Below are positions 38,745-51,835 of a DNA stretch of 64,000 bases, one piece after another. How positions within the stretch are numbered: position 1 is the stretch's first letter; each line of letters opens with the position of its first letter. Source of the stretch: Lingula anatina (Eukaryota > Animalia > Brachiopoda); contig CM120649.1 of assembly GCA_051362555.1 (NCBI GenBank), positions 14,942,001 to 15,006,000 of the forward strand, in the 5' to 3' direction. Position numbers and translations under genes: made by a program. A model generated the notes under the pieces. It was not told the DNA's origin. It saw nothing but the letters and a program-made list of their open reading frames with translations, and ran no database searches.

Positions 38745-41700
38745 CACACATTCGTGCATCTGCTTCCCATACTGGGTAGACCAATTTAACTTTAACACAT
38801 AACTCATAGTGGAAATTTAGGAAGCTGGCCCAAGTTTGGCCCACACAGACTTGTCAGCAAGAGAATTTAAACAATATTGAAGTCAAATAAATGATGTACT
38901 AGATGGAATGCTTTGTCTGCAGGATGGGTTGTAGCAATCTCTATGCCAACATGATCAAATAGTGTCCCCAGTCAAGTCAATCAAGGTTTTAGTTATATTA
39001 TCATCATTCTGAAAATGATAATAGAATCATATATTTAAAAGATTAAAAAAACATGATATTATATGTTGCATATATGGGTTACCTGGTCTTCTAGTAAGAG
39101 TCCTGAACTTTCTTCCAGAGCGAGGGCTCTTGGTTGGGTCGTCTCGAGAGAAGTAGACGGGTCTGAGTGGGGGGCAAGGTCGCAGACACGACAGACTCCA
39201 GGTCTTGTGAGCCTTAAAGAGGGGCTGGGGGGTCATCTTGAATTTCTTGCCCTGCGCTGGAAGAGTCGCTGTGACGTTTATGTTGGGCTGCGACGTGGAG
39301 AGCTGAAATAACAGAGTTAAAAATTTCATTATTATTATTATAATTATTATTTGGTATTCTCCACAAACTGGGCCATAGTCGGAGAAGAAAAATAACAAGC
39401 TACCCATGATGTATCCTTTCTAGTGTCACAACAAGAAGAAATGCACAAGTACATGGAACAGAACACATTATGGCCTCTTGCTTTCTGTTCAAACCATGAT
39501 GTAAGTCAGATAAAGCACTTGTTGCAAACTTTATGCAAAATATTACTTATCCACATACATGCAAAGGTGAAGACCAGACCATAGTTTTTAAATCTGGCTG
39601 ATCTCAGTTAGCAAGGTTATCTGGATTCAAACCCAACTTTCACCTTCTTGCTTTTCACCTACCTGCAACGGTGTCAGTTTAGCTGGGATGGTGTGAGAGT
39701 GAGAGTGGGAGGGGGGAGTGCTCAGCGCAGGAGGAGCTTTGGGCTTGTTCTGCTGCCGTAAGGCATCAAGCCAGGCTTTCTGCTCATGAGGTGAGGCACA
39801 GGACACAACTATCTTATCTGTCATGTTCCCTGGAAAGTAGGTCAATACAATGTCAAGGTCATTAATGCAAGGTCAAGGTCATTATGACACATTTCTGTAA
39901 GTTTTAAAATCAGGCTGGCAAAGTCAACATGGATATTAGCAACTAGGGAAAAAGGAGAGCAGTGAATATTTATTCTAATATAGATCCTTTTACTTAAATG
40001 TTTAATTTTCTTTTTGCATACATAAGTTTTTGTTTTGTTCTAATGAGCATCCGACTCATCTCATTCCTAAGTTTTCAGTGTAAGTTCTCATTTTGTCAAA
40101 ATGCCAGTAAATGAAAAGTATACAACAACCCTCTGTGACTGAAATAAAGACACCCAAAAAAATTTGGTGCATGAATTTGTGTGTAATTGTTTCCTTCGAC
40201 TAACAGCAAGCTGTGTTTTACTTACCTGATATTTCAAAGGCATTTAGTACAGAGTCTTCATCTTCAATTGCTTTGGCTGTGGTGCCACTCAGAGTTATTT
40301 TAGACTGAAAAAGAAGACATCTCTCTAACATAATTCTTAGACAAAAATCAAATGTGATCTATAGCAGTTCTCTATAAACATCTTCTCCAGTATCAGGTGA
40401 ATGGAAACATTTGTTGAGACTGAGGAGAGGATGTCCACTTAGGATAATTACAAAACATGAACTTATTATCTTGAACTTATTTACCTCAAATGTGTATCCT
40501 TCTTGCTGAGGATTTGCTGATAATATGATCAATTTCCCCAGAAAAAGGATAAATAATCTCTCAGTCTTTTCTCCACCTTCCATGTGCATTAATACTTGTG
40601 ACAGTAGCAGGACATCTCCATATTGACTAATACTCTGAAATATACCAAAACAATGTCTTACAATATGGTTGTTGTACATCTATCTTCATATTGTCAAATA
40701 CTGTGTAATTATAGTAAAATTTAATTAGATTTCTTACATTACAGTAATTGGTTAATAGCAACAACAACAACAACACTAACAACAAAAACAACAACAACAA
40801 TAATAATAATAATAATCACAGAATGTTTAACTTACATCCTCTAAGCCACTGATTGTGCTTGAAAATATGTCCAGTTCCAATTCCTTCTGCTTTCTTATTT
40901 CTGTACAAGAACTCTGAAAAAGATTAAATAATATTATATAAATACAAGTAAAAAGGTACAAATATAGGTGCAACATGGATGTTTTACACTAAGATTATTG
41001 ATTTAATCTTTATTATTATACCTCATATTTTAATATACTGATGCACTGTACACTCTTTTCTATATATATATCTGGACAAACTCTATACATTCCTGTGAAA
41101 TATTGATACATAATCAAAGATGAACTGTCATAATGAACTAGTTGATTTCATATATGGTAAAAATCCCTGGCACTTACAGCTATGTCCCTGAACACAGCGA
41201 TTGCTCTTTGTGTGTCCCCCCTATCTACATGGCAGTCCTAGAATATGACAGAAATATAACACAAATAGTTTATAGTGGAAATACAATGATCATAAATCTA
41301 CAGGTGTACAAAAATCTCATTTTGAATCAGTCAAAATCCATCTACAATTAAGGTGATTAGCAACTTGTATTTCTTCAATTCCTGAATGCAACATACATCA
41401 ATGAAATCATCATTTAAGATTTTTTCTCACTTCTACTAGTCTTAAAATGGAAAAATATAAATCAGTAAAAAGCACCTAAAGCAATTACATACAATTCAAA
41501 ATCCAATAATATCATTTCAGTAAGTGTCATAACCAAAGTGAATCCATTTCTTCAACAATGACTGACACATTTATCGACCGGATGGCCTTGTGGTTAGAGT
41601 GTCTGCCTCCGGAGCGGGAGGACGTGAGTTCAAAACCCGTCCGGGGACATACCAGTCCTTTATAAACGGTACCTGCTGTCTCCCCGCTTGGCACTCAGCA

Positions 41701-42271
41701 CTAAGGGGTTGAAGCAGGGGCCTGGTCAGGCAGTGCAGAAATGATATATTAGCTATGAGCGCCTAATATGGCAGCCGAGCTGTATGCTCCCCAGGGAGGT
41801 GAGACCGTATACGGAGTGCACCAGTGTAAAAATGACCAGGCTTCCTTGACTTGAATATTCATATATAATTGTATAACTTCAACCTTCGGGTTGCGATTCT
41901 CCAATAAAGATTATTATTATTATTATTATACATACATGAAAGCATACAATCATATTGTCCTACACTTGTCTTCAGACTGTTCCCCTCACCTCAATGTGTC
42001 TCTCCAGTTCCTTCAGTAACACGGGGTAACGATCCAGCATTCTGAAGGGGTTAGACAGGCTGGTGGTCAGTGTGATCACCCCTGGGGCCACTGCCCCCTG
42101 GTTTTCCATGAACTGGTCAAGCTTTTCCCTGGATGGACGGATGAATGAAATAAAATTTGTTATAATAAATGTTTTGTTTTTAAGTGTTTTCATTTTCAAT
42201 GTATAACAATATGGTGTGTGTGGAATACTAGTGATTGCCATAATTTATTCAGATCAACACACTGTATGTAA

Positions 42272-42318
<47 letters not shown>

Positions 42319-45300
42319 AAAAGTGTATGTAAAACTGATACGACCCAAGACAGCTTTAAAGAGTTTTATTTCTACATACTAACTCACAAGTTGACATTGG
42401 TGACTATGTGTATGTGCATGCGTGCATGTGCGTCCGTGTGCCTGTGTGTATATGCATGCTTTACTAAAATGTCAAAATCTTCACCTGTGTGTCTGTAATA
42501 CAGAGACAGCCTGAGGATGGTTGGAACAGTAGGTCTTGTAGAGAGATATCAACTGGGGAGCATTCATCATAAAGCTGCCTCCTACCTTCTGTTGGTTACT
42601 GGGCATTCTGAAACAAAATAAAAAACTCTTTAATGAAAAGCCGATCTTTTCTAGAAATATTGGCCCTAACACTAGGATCACAGAAATATCCAATTTTATT
42701 TTTTTTTTTCATATCTACATAAAACATTTAAATAATTAAAAGAAATATATACATTAATGAATAGAAAACATGGACACTGAAAGAATTTTTAAAAATTCCA
42801 CATTCTCCAGAATGTCTGGATAATTACATCATTTACTAAACCTGTTACCAAAATATTTGTCTACAAGTATGAAGGTATCCTTTTCAGAACATCTCCTATA
42901 GCAGTGTGACATAATATCTTACTTTGCAATTTCTTTCAGCTGAGCTAGGAAGTTTTCCTGGAATACTGTGATGTCCTCAAGGTTTCCACACAGCTGTGAG
43001 TATTCTGCTCCACTTAAACTGAACAAAAAAATTTGTTTTATAATTTTGTCTGTCTCCCACTCTCTCGATATTAAAATTACCTCTCACAATCAAATAAAAG
43101 ACACTCATAGATCTTTTTATTATTACTTAATACCTGTTAATCTTTGATGATCATCATTTTTTTAATGATTGAGGAACAAACAACAGATAATATTTTTGTT
43201 TTCTAAGTTTTGTCAGACTATTCAAACTTCCGAAAAAAAGGGGGCTGTTGGTATAAAATATTTGTTCACTGACCGTCTACAACCCATTCTGCAGTGTCCA
43301 ATCTAAAATTCAAATCTCATATTAGAGCTATTACAAACTAGAGCCCACTCACATTCCTGCCTCCTGCAAAGGTTTCAAGTATTTTTCCAGCAGCTCCTGT
43401 AGCTCAGTCACATGAGCCTGTTCCTGGTCTATGATGTTCTGTAATACCTGGTAAGTAGACAAAGTGAGGGGATGAGAATCTGATACAAAGGGCATTGAGT
43501 TTATGTAATATCACTAAGCCTTCCAACTGGGGAATTTCATGGGCAAAAATTAGTTCTTTATCATGATGTCTGGACTATTTCATTTTCCTTAAATCAAAAG
43601 TTGTCTGCTTGATTGACAATCTGCACTTGTATTGTTTCACAAATAGCAAGAAACAGTTTACTGTTACTCACTTTAATGGTGCGACTAATACAGATTCATC
43701 CTTGGTTGAATTTTTCTTGTTTCTTTTTTCAGTTGTCTTCAAGTTTAAACAAACTTTTTTATTTTTATCAAGTGAAGTAAACTTTTGAGATACTGGGCTT
43801 AGTATACGGTGACTTGTCCAGATTGCATTTTTGATAACCAAAGTAATGGTTGTTCTTCCTTTGCCATGACAGTTGATTGCCTTTTGGCCACCATGCTGTG
43901 TACTCCACATATATCTTACCACACTTTGGTAGTGAGCTGTACTTTCTCTTTTGTTCAACTTAATCTCTCCAGCTTTGACACCAGGGGGCAGGCCAGTCTT
44001 GGGATCTGAAATAAAGATCATTCAAGGTATTCATACTGGCCTTCTATAAGCTACTATTTTTTGTTAAGTCTTCAAGAGATTTCTGAAACATAGATAACAT
44101 AATACATGCTAAATATATGGTACCTAAAACGATGATAAACTTAGAGTTATCTGTATGTGGTATATGTTAGTAAAACAATTCAGGCTAAGTGATTCTTCAT
44201 AATGAAACTATCCAATGCTTCAGATTAACTGAAAGAACAGGGCGATAACAGTGGAACTGTTATTGAAATATCTTCAAAAATAAAGCAAATGTTCTATATG
44301 CAAGTATGGGCTTTCTCGTATGTAAACAAGCAGACTGTATCATGTTCGCACTGTAATAATGAACACAATATCCACACATGGAAATAAAGTAAATTCAATA
44401 ATTCATATACGGTAAAGTCTTGAAAATTTCGTCGTTCTTGAAAATTTCGTCGGCAGACGATTTTCCGCCGAGGTAATTTTTTTCCCCTTGAAAACTTCGT
44501 CGACCTTGAAAATGAGGTACTCAATAATTTTTGAAAAGTTCGTCACCAAATATGGCCGCGTTGTCCTGCTCAAACATGAAGGTAATGCGTCAGTTGATTC
44601 AAGACAATGATACGATCAGGATATCATTGCCGATAACACTCTCAATGGGAGATAGGAACAATAGTGCGCCCCTGCGAGCGGTTACTCACAATATAAGTGG
44701 TTAAGATGTGACTCCCCGTTCTTAATTGCGGGAACATCGGCCTTTTGTCTAAATAGTTTCATTACTATTACCTGGCTCAAGGTGCGTTATCAAGCCGGCA
44801 AATAAAAGTCACAGGCCGCGGCTTTGTCATTTGTAACGCCGTTATTGTTATCGGCGGCTGTCCTAAATGAGGAAGACACAATGAAAAATCAAGATATTAT
44901 CTCGAAGGGAAATGTACCCGTCACTTCTATTCATGTCCATGTTCAATTTAGGACCATTTAACAACTAGAGGATCAGAGAGGCGATACCGCCTCCGAATAT
45001 TGTACCACCAGCTGGAGCAAGCGCATTCATATAGACCCCCACATATACAAAATAAGGAACACAGCCACCAGTCTTGTGCTTGACAAGCTGTAAAAATGCA
45101 ATCAACAAGAATTTTCAAAATATGCAAAAAATATATATATAACTAAAAATGGTACAATCAAAGTTAAGTTCATCGCAAGGTAGGTCAAAGGTCAATTCCA
45201 AGGTCACAGTAAATTGCCAGTATATGACTTCCTATTCAACTTCAATAGTAACTATGGGCCTATCTCTGCCAGGTTTGGAGTTAAAAGAGAAAGAAATTAG

Positions 45301-48300
45301 CAGAGTTCAGTTCATGATAATAAGTAGGTCAAAGGTCAATTTCAAGGTCACACTTAGATTGCCAGTATATGACTTCCTATTCACGTTCAATAGTAACTAT
45401 GGACCTATCTCTGCCAGTTTTGGAGATAAAGGGGAAGCAAACTATGCAAAGTTCAGTTCATGGTGAAAAGTAGGTCAAAGGTCAATTTTAAGGTCACTTT
45501 AAGATTGCCAGTATATGACTTCCTATTCAACTTCAATAGAGACTATGGACCTATCTCTGCCAGTTTTGGAGATAAAAGGGAATCAAAATTTGCAAAGTTC
45601 AGTTCATGGTGAAAAGTAGGTCAAAGGTCAATTTTAAGGTCACATGTAGATTGCCAGTATATGACTTCCTGTTCAAGTTCAATAGAGACTATGGACCTAT
45701 CTCTGCCAGTTTTGGAGATAAAAGGGAAGCAAAATTTGCAAAGTTCAGTTCATGGTGAAAAGTAGGTCAAAGGTCAATTTTAAGGTCACATTTAGATTGC
45801 CAGTATATGTCTTCCTATTCAACTTCAATAGTAACTATGGACCTATCTCTGCCAGTTTTGGAGATAAAAGGGAATCAAAATTTGCAAAGTTCAGTTCATG
45901 GTGAAAAGTAGGTCAAAGGTCAATTTTAAGGTCACATTTAGATTGCCAGTATATGACTTCCTATTCAACTTCAATAGTAACTATGGACCTATCTCTGCCA
46001 GTTTTGGAGATAAAAGGGAAGCAAAATTTGCAAAGTTCAGTTCATGGTGAAAAGTAGGTCAAAGGTCAATTTTAAGGTCACATTTAGATTGCCAGTATAT
46101 GACTTCCTATTCAACTTCAATAGTAACTATGGACCTATCTCTGCCAGTTTTGGAGATAAAAGGGAAGCAAAATTTGCAAAGTTCAGTTCATGGTGAAAAG
46201 TAGGTCAAAGGTCAATTTTAAGGTCACATTTAGATTGCCAGTATATGACTTCCTATTCAACTTCAATAGTAACTATGGACCTATCTCTGCCAGTTTTGGA
46301 GATAAAAGGGAAGCAAAATTTGCAAAGTTCAGTTCATGGTGAAAAGTAGGTCAAAGGTCAATTTTAAGGTCACATTTAGATTGCCAGTATGTGACTTCCT
46401 ATTCAAGTTCAATAGAAACTATGGACCTATCTCTGCCAGTTTTGGAGATTAAAAGGAAGCAAAATTTGCAAAGTTCAGTTCATGGTGAAAAGTAGGTCAA
46501 AGGTCAATTTTAAGGTCACATTTAGATTGCCAGTATATGACTTCCTATTCAAGTTCAATAGTAACTATGGACCTATCTCTGCCAGTTTTGGAGATATAAG
46601 GGACTAAATGTTATTATTTTGGAGTTACCATAATGTGCCATAAATTTCCTACAAAAAAAAATTAATTAAAATAAAGAAAAGGTCATTTTGGTCAAAATTC
46701 TTGAAATGGGAGGTGCTCTGAAGTTCCAGATGTTCAAATTTGATGAAATAATGTCATTTTTGACCACAAGTTGTCTGCTTTGCCAAGCCTTATGTTTTAT
46801 TTTTCCGGAGTTCAAAATTTATTATCCATTACCGTACTGCACATTTTGCTTTCACCACCAATATGTACTTTTTGATACAGCGTAACTCGAAAACCGTATG
46901 GAATACAAAAAAACGGAGACCACCTCCAGTGTTGGGCTTTACATGCTCTACAAAATGCAAAAAAGAATGGGTGTCTAGCATTAACGGTTCCCGAATTAGA
47001 GACAGTTTTCAGTTTCGATATCTTATGGCCGCTACTCCCGTGAAAATGCACCGATTGACCCCAAATTCACGGAGATGAAAGATGACCTGAAGGGTAACAC
47101 TTTCCATTAATATTATTAGTTAAGTCTGTGTGGTGTCTGAATAAGACCGCAAATAATTTTTTTTTCGGCAAAAATTTTGTTTTTTTGAAAATTTTGGCCC
47201 GTTTGACCTTAAAATAAAGGTCAAAGGTCAAATCCAAGGGCATATTTGAAATCTACACATATGACTTTTGGAAAGCTGTCTGTAGAAATTTTTCCCATAA
47301 TTCCTTCTGTAGGGGAGATAATTAGCATTTAATTTTGCCATTTTTGGACAAGGGTGCATTGCGATGAGTGACACACCTAGACCCCAATACCGACAAAGCC
47401 CAAATTTTACGTGGAACGAGTTGAGATTATAGGTGACCTAAATCCAAGAGATGGGTATGGAGGCCCTTACCGTCTAGGAGGAGAAGCGGTAACGGTGACT
47501 TGGCGGCGGAGCCGCAGGAGCCGGCGGAACATACGGGTCGGGACTAAAACCATGTGTACCGCCAGCGCCTACGCTGGTGGTACAATTACCTGGCTCATCC
47601 ATGGAGATCGTTCGCAATGCGAATGGGACGAGATGGCAATTTTCATAGCTTCAGCAGAGAATCTTTCGCGTAATATTGTCAACAGATCGTTCGCGATCCA
47701 AACGAGACAAGAAGAAAATTTTCATATTTATAGCATACTCCGTTCGCGTAAGATCATCAGCGGGAGATCGTTTGCGATCCGAGCGAGACGAAAAGGCAAT
47801 TTTCATGTCATCATCGGGAGATCGTTCGCGATGTAAGCAAGAATGAAATGCAATTTTCGAATTAGTGCAAGGAACTTAGTTTGCAAAAGATCGTCAGCGG
47901 GAGATCACTATTCTAACCCCCCCCCCCCCCTTTGAATTTAATAAATAATATATATATTTTCATTTTATCTTAACCCCCCCCCCCCCCCTTCCCCGCTCAT
48001 GGCATATCTTCGGCGGAGAATCGTTCGCGTAAGATAATCATCGCGGGATCGTTTGCGATGTAAGCAAGAATGAAATGCAATTTTTATATTAGTTCAAGGG
48101 ATTTAGGGAACTTCGTTAACGGAAGATCGTCAGCGAGAGATCATTATTTCACTCTCTCTCCCCCCCCCCCCCAGACCCCAGACACACACACTTTGGATTT
48201 AAAAAATATCTTTTTCATTTTATCTTTAAACAGCCCCCCCTCCCCCGCTCACGGTATATATTCGGCGGAGAATCGTTCGCGTAATATCCTCAGGACTTTG

Positions 48301-49951
48301 TTCGCGTAAGATCATATCAGAGGGAGATCGTTCGCGATCCTAGCTTGACGTAAAGGCAATTTTCATATCATCGTCGGGAGATTGTTCGCGATGTAAGCAA
48401 TAATAAAATGCAGTTTTCATATTAGTTCAAGGAACTTAGTTTGCAAACGATCGTCAGCGGGAGATCATTTCCCCCCCCCCCCCCTCCCCTTTGAATATTA
48501 TAAATAATATATTTTTTTAATTTCATCTTTAACCCCCCCCCTTCCCCGCTCACGGCATACATGTATCTTCGGCGAAGAATCGTTTGCGTAATATATCGCC
48601 ATGACTTTGTTCGCGTAAGATCGTCAGAGGGAGATCGTTCGCGATCCGAGCGAGACGAAAAGGCAATTTTCATATCATCATCGGGAGATCGTTCAGTTTT
48701 CATATAAGTTCAAGAAACTTAAATTGCGGAAGATCGTCTGCGGGAGCAATTATTTTAACTCCCTGTAAATTTTTAGGAAGTTACAGATGGTACTTTTAGA
48801 AGGCCTGACATTCAATCCTGGGAAAAGCCCTGCATGCAACAAACGTTGCCAAGTGCATTATTTTTTTTAAATATGTCGCGGTCAGGTTATAATGCAAGGA
48901 GGCAATTAAGCTTATCTTGATCCTTCTCCTCTATCAGGAGGTATGTTTCTTACCGAGAAGATAATTCTCAACACATTTTCGGGTACAGTAAGTTAAATTA
49001 AACTTAATCGAGATGCAGTAATAAATATATTATTATTTACCACCAGAAAACGACTTAGGAAGTAGTTTTAAATATCCCACAATATAGGAGGGTCAAAGAT
49101 AACAGTCGCTAAGGATAAAAGCCCAAAGGCCGGATTTTTGAAAATTTCGTCATACCCAGGAGTCGGGGAGAGGTAATTTTGAAAAATTAGTCGGATTTAC
49201 ACAATTAAAAATATTAATTAATTTTTAAGCGACGAAATTTTCAAGACTTTACCGTAGATAGAAATGTCTGACTTAACTCATTTTTCTTAAGCAATTTCCA
49301 ATACATAACAATAAAAATTATCAATAAAAAAATGATAGAGTGAAAATTTAGCTGATTATCAGTAACTATTCTTCCGAATTGTTTTATTTATATATATATA
49401 TATTTTTTTTTTTTTTTGTCTCACCTAGTTTGACCTCTTTGACATAGTTGGCAGGGAACCATCCCGTCTGTCCGTTAAGGGTTCCTTCCCACCATCCCCC
49501 GTCCACTATCTGGGTCACCGTAATCAGGTCACCTTTGCAGAAACACAACTGGAAAATAAGATTAAAAAGAAACTGTGCAAATAGTAAAAAATATGTTTTT
49601 GCCATTTTCATTATGTATGACTATAAACTCTGCTCTTAAATCTTAATTTTATTAAAAAAGTGAATGAAAATGATACGAAAAAAAAGGTGCTTGCGTAAAA
49701 ATCAGCTTTATGTTCAAGGCTTTTCAACAAAATATCAACTACTTTCTTTATGCATTTCAAGTTGTGCCTTTGGTCTCTGTCATATCAAGACCATTTGATT
49801 CAACGGCTAATTCTTATTAATTACTAGCATGCAAGTTCCCTTGAAAAAAAGGAGAAAAAAAAAGAATATTACAAACCTCATCATTGTTAGTGCCCTTGAA
49901 ATTATAGGCTCCAACCACAATCTTGGGCTGGGGGGAAATCACTTCTGCCAT
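24786..49951 (-). CDS. ARHGEF7: Rho guanine nucleotide exchange factor PIX (beta-PIX/ARHGEF6/7 ortholog), SH3-DH-PH-GIT-binding-coiled coil, ~622 aa, no CH domain
   Basis: Exons 49877..49951, 49425..49548, 43920..44005, 43353..43447, 42923..43018, 42485..42607, 41990..42128, 41178..41237, 40836..40913, 40485..40634, 40226..40304, 39663..39829, 39083..39302, 36169..36261, 25832..25922, 25123..25177, 24786..24923; phase-consistent, 1869 nt. PIX hallmarks: [110 protein letters not shown]. Confidence 0.93.
25900..26245. repeat. 46-bp minisatellite (~7.5 copies) overlapping a PIX splice acceptor
   Basis: gctgtctaa at 25955, 26001, 26047, 26093, 26139, 26185 (variant at 26231); the first unit is the real intron/exon junction at 25922. 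Confidence 0.9.
27833..27884. repeat. (AAT)n microsatellite
   Basis: Direct reading. Confidence 0.9.
30790..31130. repeat. ~67-bp degenerate tandem repeat, ~5 copies
   Basis: gataatctgttatcctctgga at 30938, 31005 and 31072, with decayed copies upstream. Confidence 0.75.
31214..31490. mobile_element. PIF/Harbinger-like MITE
   Basis: TAA|gagggcattcacagcagatgattcttggatctaca...tgtagatccaagaattatctgttgtgaatgccctc|TAA. Confidence 0.8.
31862..32031 (-). CDS. Candidate alternative terminal exon of PIX
   Basis: Acceptor tttttcactgacag|TG in phase 1, matching the donor at 36169. Open frame [56 protein letters not shown]; GC-richer than the surrounding intron. Confidence 0.5.
35200..35423. mobile_element. 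Small palindromic element
   Basis: accaaaataacgagaaaattaaaccttatactggatctta...taagatccagtatcagattaattttctcattattttggt imperfect inverted repeats. Confidence 0.55.
35948..36115. mobile_element. CAGGGGCGGAT-TIR MITE (same family as 1468..1639, inverted)
   Basis: gtttc|caggggcggatcc...aatccgcccctg|gtttc, 5-bp TSD. Confidence 0.85.
41576..41929 (+). mobile_element. tRNA-derived SINE
   Basis: A-box-like tggccttgtggttag, B-box-like gagttcaaaac, central ggtacctgctgtctccccgcttggcactcagcactaaggg (resembles conserved SINE central domains, possibly Meta; unverified), then aataaa and an (ATT)n tail. Confidence 0.8.
42271..42318. repeat. (TAAA)n microsatellite
   Basis: Direct reading. Confidence 0.9.
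44963..47587 (-). mobile_element. Non-autonomous Helentron/HINE (DINE-1/pearl-like) element
   Basis: SubTIR attgtaccaccagc at 44999..45012 and inverted at ~47573..47586; 5' palindrome tgtaccgccagcg-ccta-cgctggtggtaca; 3' hairpin gaggcg-atac-cgcctc followed by a CTAG end; central tandem array. Confidence 0.75.
45178..46600. repeat. 146-bp satellite, 10 copies
   Basis: taggtcaaaggtca at 45181, 45325, 45471, 45617, 45763, 45909, 46055, 46201, 46347 and 46493; central copies are nearly identical. Confidence 0.95.
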
Positions 49952-51239
49952 TTCTGTATGGTGTTCAAAGGATTTCTACACTCACATTTTCAAAACAACC
50001 TGTGATACAAGATACTGCAATGCAAATAACAATTGAAAAATACCTCCTTTCATCATGATAACTATGTTCAGTTGTATTATGGATCCACAAGGGACGAATA
50101 AGTAAAAATAAAATGATATTAATAATAATAAAGCCTTAAAAAATTAATATATAAAAGAACATGACTTTTAACATTACAATAGGTATATCACAATCCGCTA
50201 GGGGCGCTACAGTAGTAACTTTCCAGGGGCAGTGAAGTATAAAACTGATATCGACCTGCTGACAGCTTGCCTATGGCACCCCTTTTTTAAATCTCCCTTT
50301 TAGCGCCGCATCAAAAAAACTAATACAAGCCATTAACTAAATAAGCTGTAAATGAAAGAGTAAAATCCGATCACGTGATTTTCCCCGTGTTGCAGTCTTT
50401 GAGAAGTTTCAGTTCAGGGCGTTTGAAGTTTTGCCTCGACAAAATGCTCAAAAATGTCAGTAAAGTGCTGGTTTCAGCTTTTTGAAATTTATAGCAAATA
50501 AAGTTTATGAAATTTGCAATATTATGTAGAAAAATCATGAAAATTAAACCATGCGAAGTATAGTTTATTTGATGCACAAAATTTATAGTACATGATCTGC
50601 ACGGAAGCCATCCCAGCCATGTGCTTGTGCGGTCGCCAATTTGGGTTTGTTTCCGGGTCATTAGATTAACATACAGCCATAATTGCCTTAATTGGTCACA
50701 AGCAATTTGAGATGCAGCTACAGCTGAGTGATCACCGCTGGTCAGTAGTGACAGGTTTTAAGCTGAATAGTGTGGACACTTTTGGTTAATTTTTGCAGTT
50801 AAAAAACTTCAATATCTTTGTTGCTTGTAAGAATATTTGAAAAATTTCAAGTGATTTCATCCGGTTTTTGCATTACCTTTCAGATGATATAAGTATTATA
50901 ATTTTCTGATCAGTTTGAAAATTTTTCTGATATACCTAATTACAAAAACACTATCAGCAGTCAATAAATACAACCTTTACGCCCAAAGGCAAAGACTTAA
51001 CACGAAACTAGGACAACTATATTCTGAAACGGTCTTGTATTAGACAACTACTACTACATGTACTAGTTCTTGTAGTAATACCATGTTACTTTTGACATTC
51101 GCTTATTGACCTCCAATAATGGCAAAATCTATATACAAAGCAAGCGAAGTAAAGAGTGATGCAAAACTGCATTTCACAAACCAATTCTTGTTGGGCAAAG
51201 TGGTTTCATTAAATGCATAAAATGAGTCTAATTATCCAT

Positions 51240-51835
51240 TAAAATCTTACCATTTTTTCTCTGTTATCTTAATCATCACCAAAATTTGCTGCAAACCGGA
51301 AGTTTAGTCATTGTCAAGAGGGGCTAAGCATTTCCTGGCATTTCCTTTTTTCAAAGGGTGCTTGTTGCCAAAGTTTGCAAAATAACTAACAGTGTATTGA
51401 GGCAATAGTCCTAAAATAATTTATGTTAAAAACTTGAAATGATCAGTATCAAACCATTGCTTAATGTTAAAAAGTCTTCGAAAATGTTTGACAAGTCAAC
51501 CTGCGTTATCTTGGCTAATAGCGTTAATAATCGCTATCATTTATAATATTAGTGAGAAAAACAATTGGTCTGAGACTCTAATTAAGAGAAAAAAATAATA
51601 CAAATTACCTTTATTAACGTCCATACCTCATATAATTTTCGAAAGACGAAAATCAGTGTTTACATTAAAACTTCTCGCGCGACCTATATGTTATCGGCTA
51701 TCAGCATTTTCTACACTTAACTTTTTGACCCCTTTATTAAATTTACAGCATGTGTTATAAAATAGCAAGTTTCGTAACTGACCTTTTGAGCTCGGGACAG
51801 GCACCTGGGCGCTGGTGTCAATTGCAGGTGAGTAG
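51240..51835. promoter_or_regulatory. Probable bidirectional promoter region between PIX and the ADP-ribosylglycohydrolase gene
   Basis: Minus-strand donors at ~51250 and ~51608, plus-strand donor CAG|gtgagt at 51827/8; tctcgcgcga (51673) and ccggaagt (51296) motifs. TSSs are not observable. Confidence 0.45.

Larger units (their letters stand above)
44410..49254. mobile_element. Non-autonomous DNA transposon with perfect 25-bp TIRs and TA TSD (Tc1/mariner-type ends), carrying a nested Helentron
   Basis: TA|cggtaaagtcttgaaaatttcgtcg...cgacgaaattttcaagactttaccg|TA; no transposase ORF; degenerate gatcgttcgcg repeats at 47600..48740. Confidence 0.8.

Noticed and set aside
40359-40440. [15 protein letters not shown] looked like the end of the DH domain
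   Set aside because: Intronic read-through; the true exon [20 protein letters not shown] is at 41178..41237.
41576-41650. tRNA gene
   Set aside because: A/B boxes are present but there is no clean cloverleaf, and it continues into a SINE body and (ATT)n tail.
47411-48703. ORFs of 79-141 aa inside the intronic transposon
   Set aside because: Translations of degenerate non-coding repeats; no transposase or Rep/helicase motifs.
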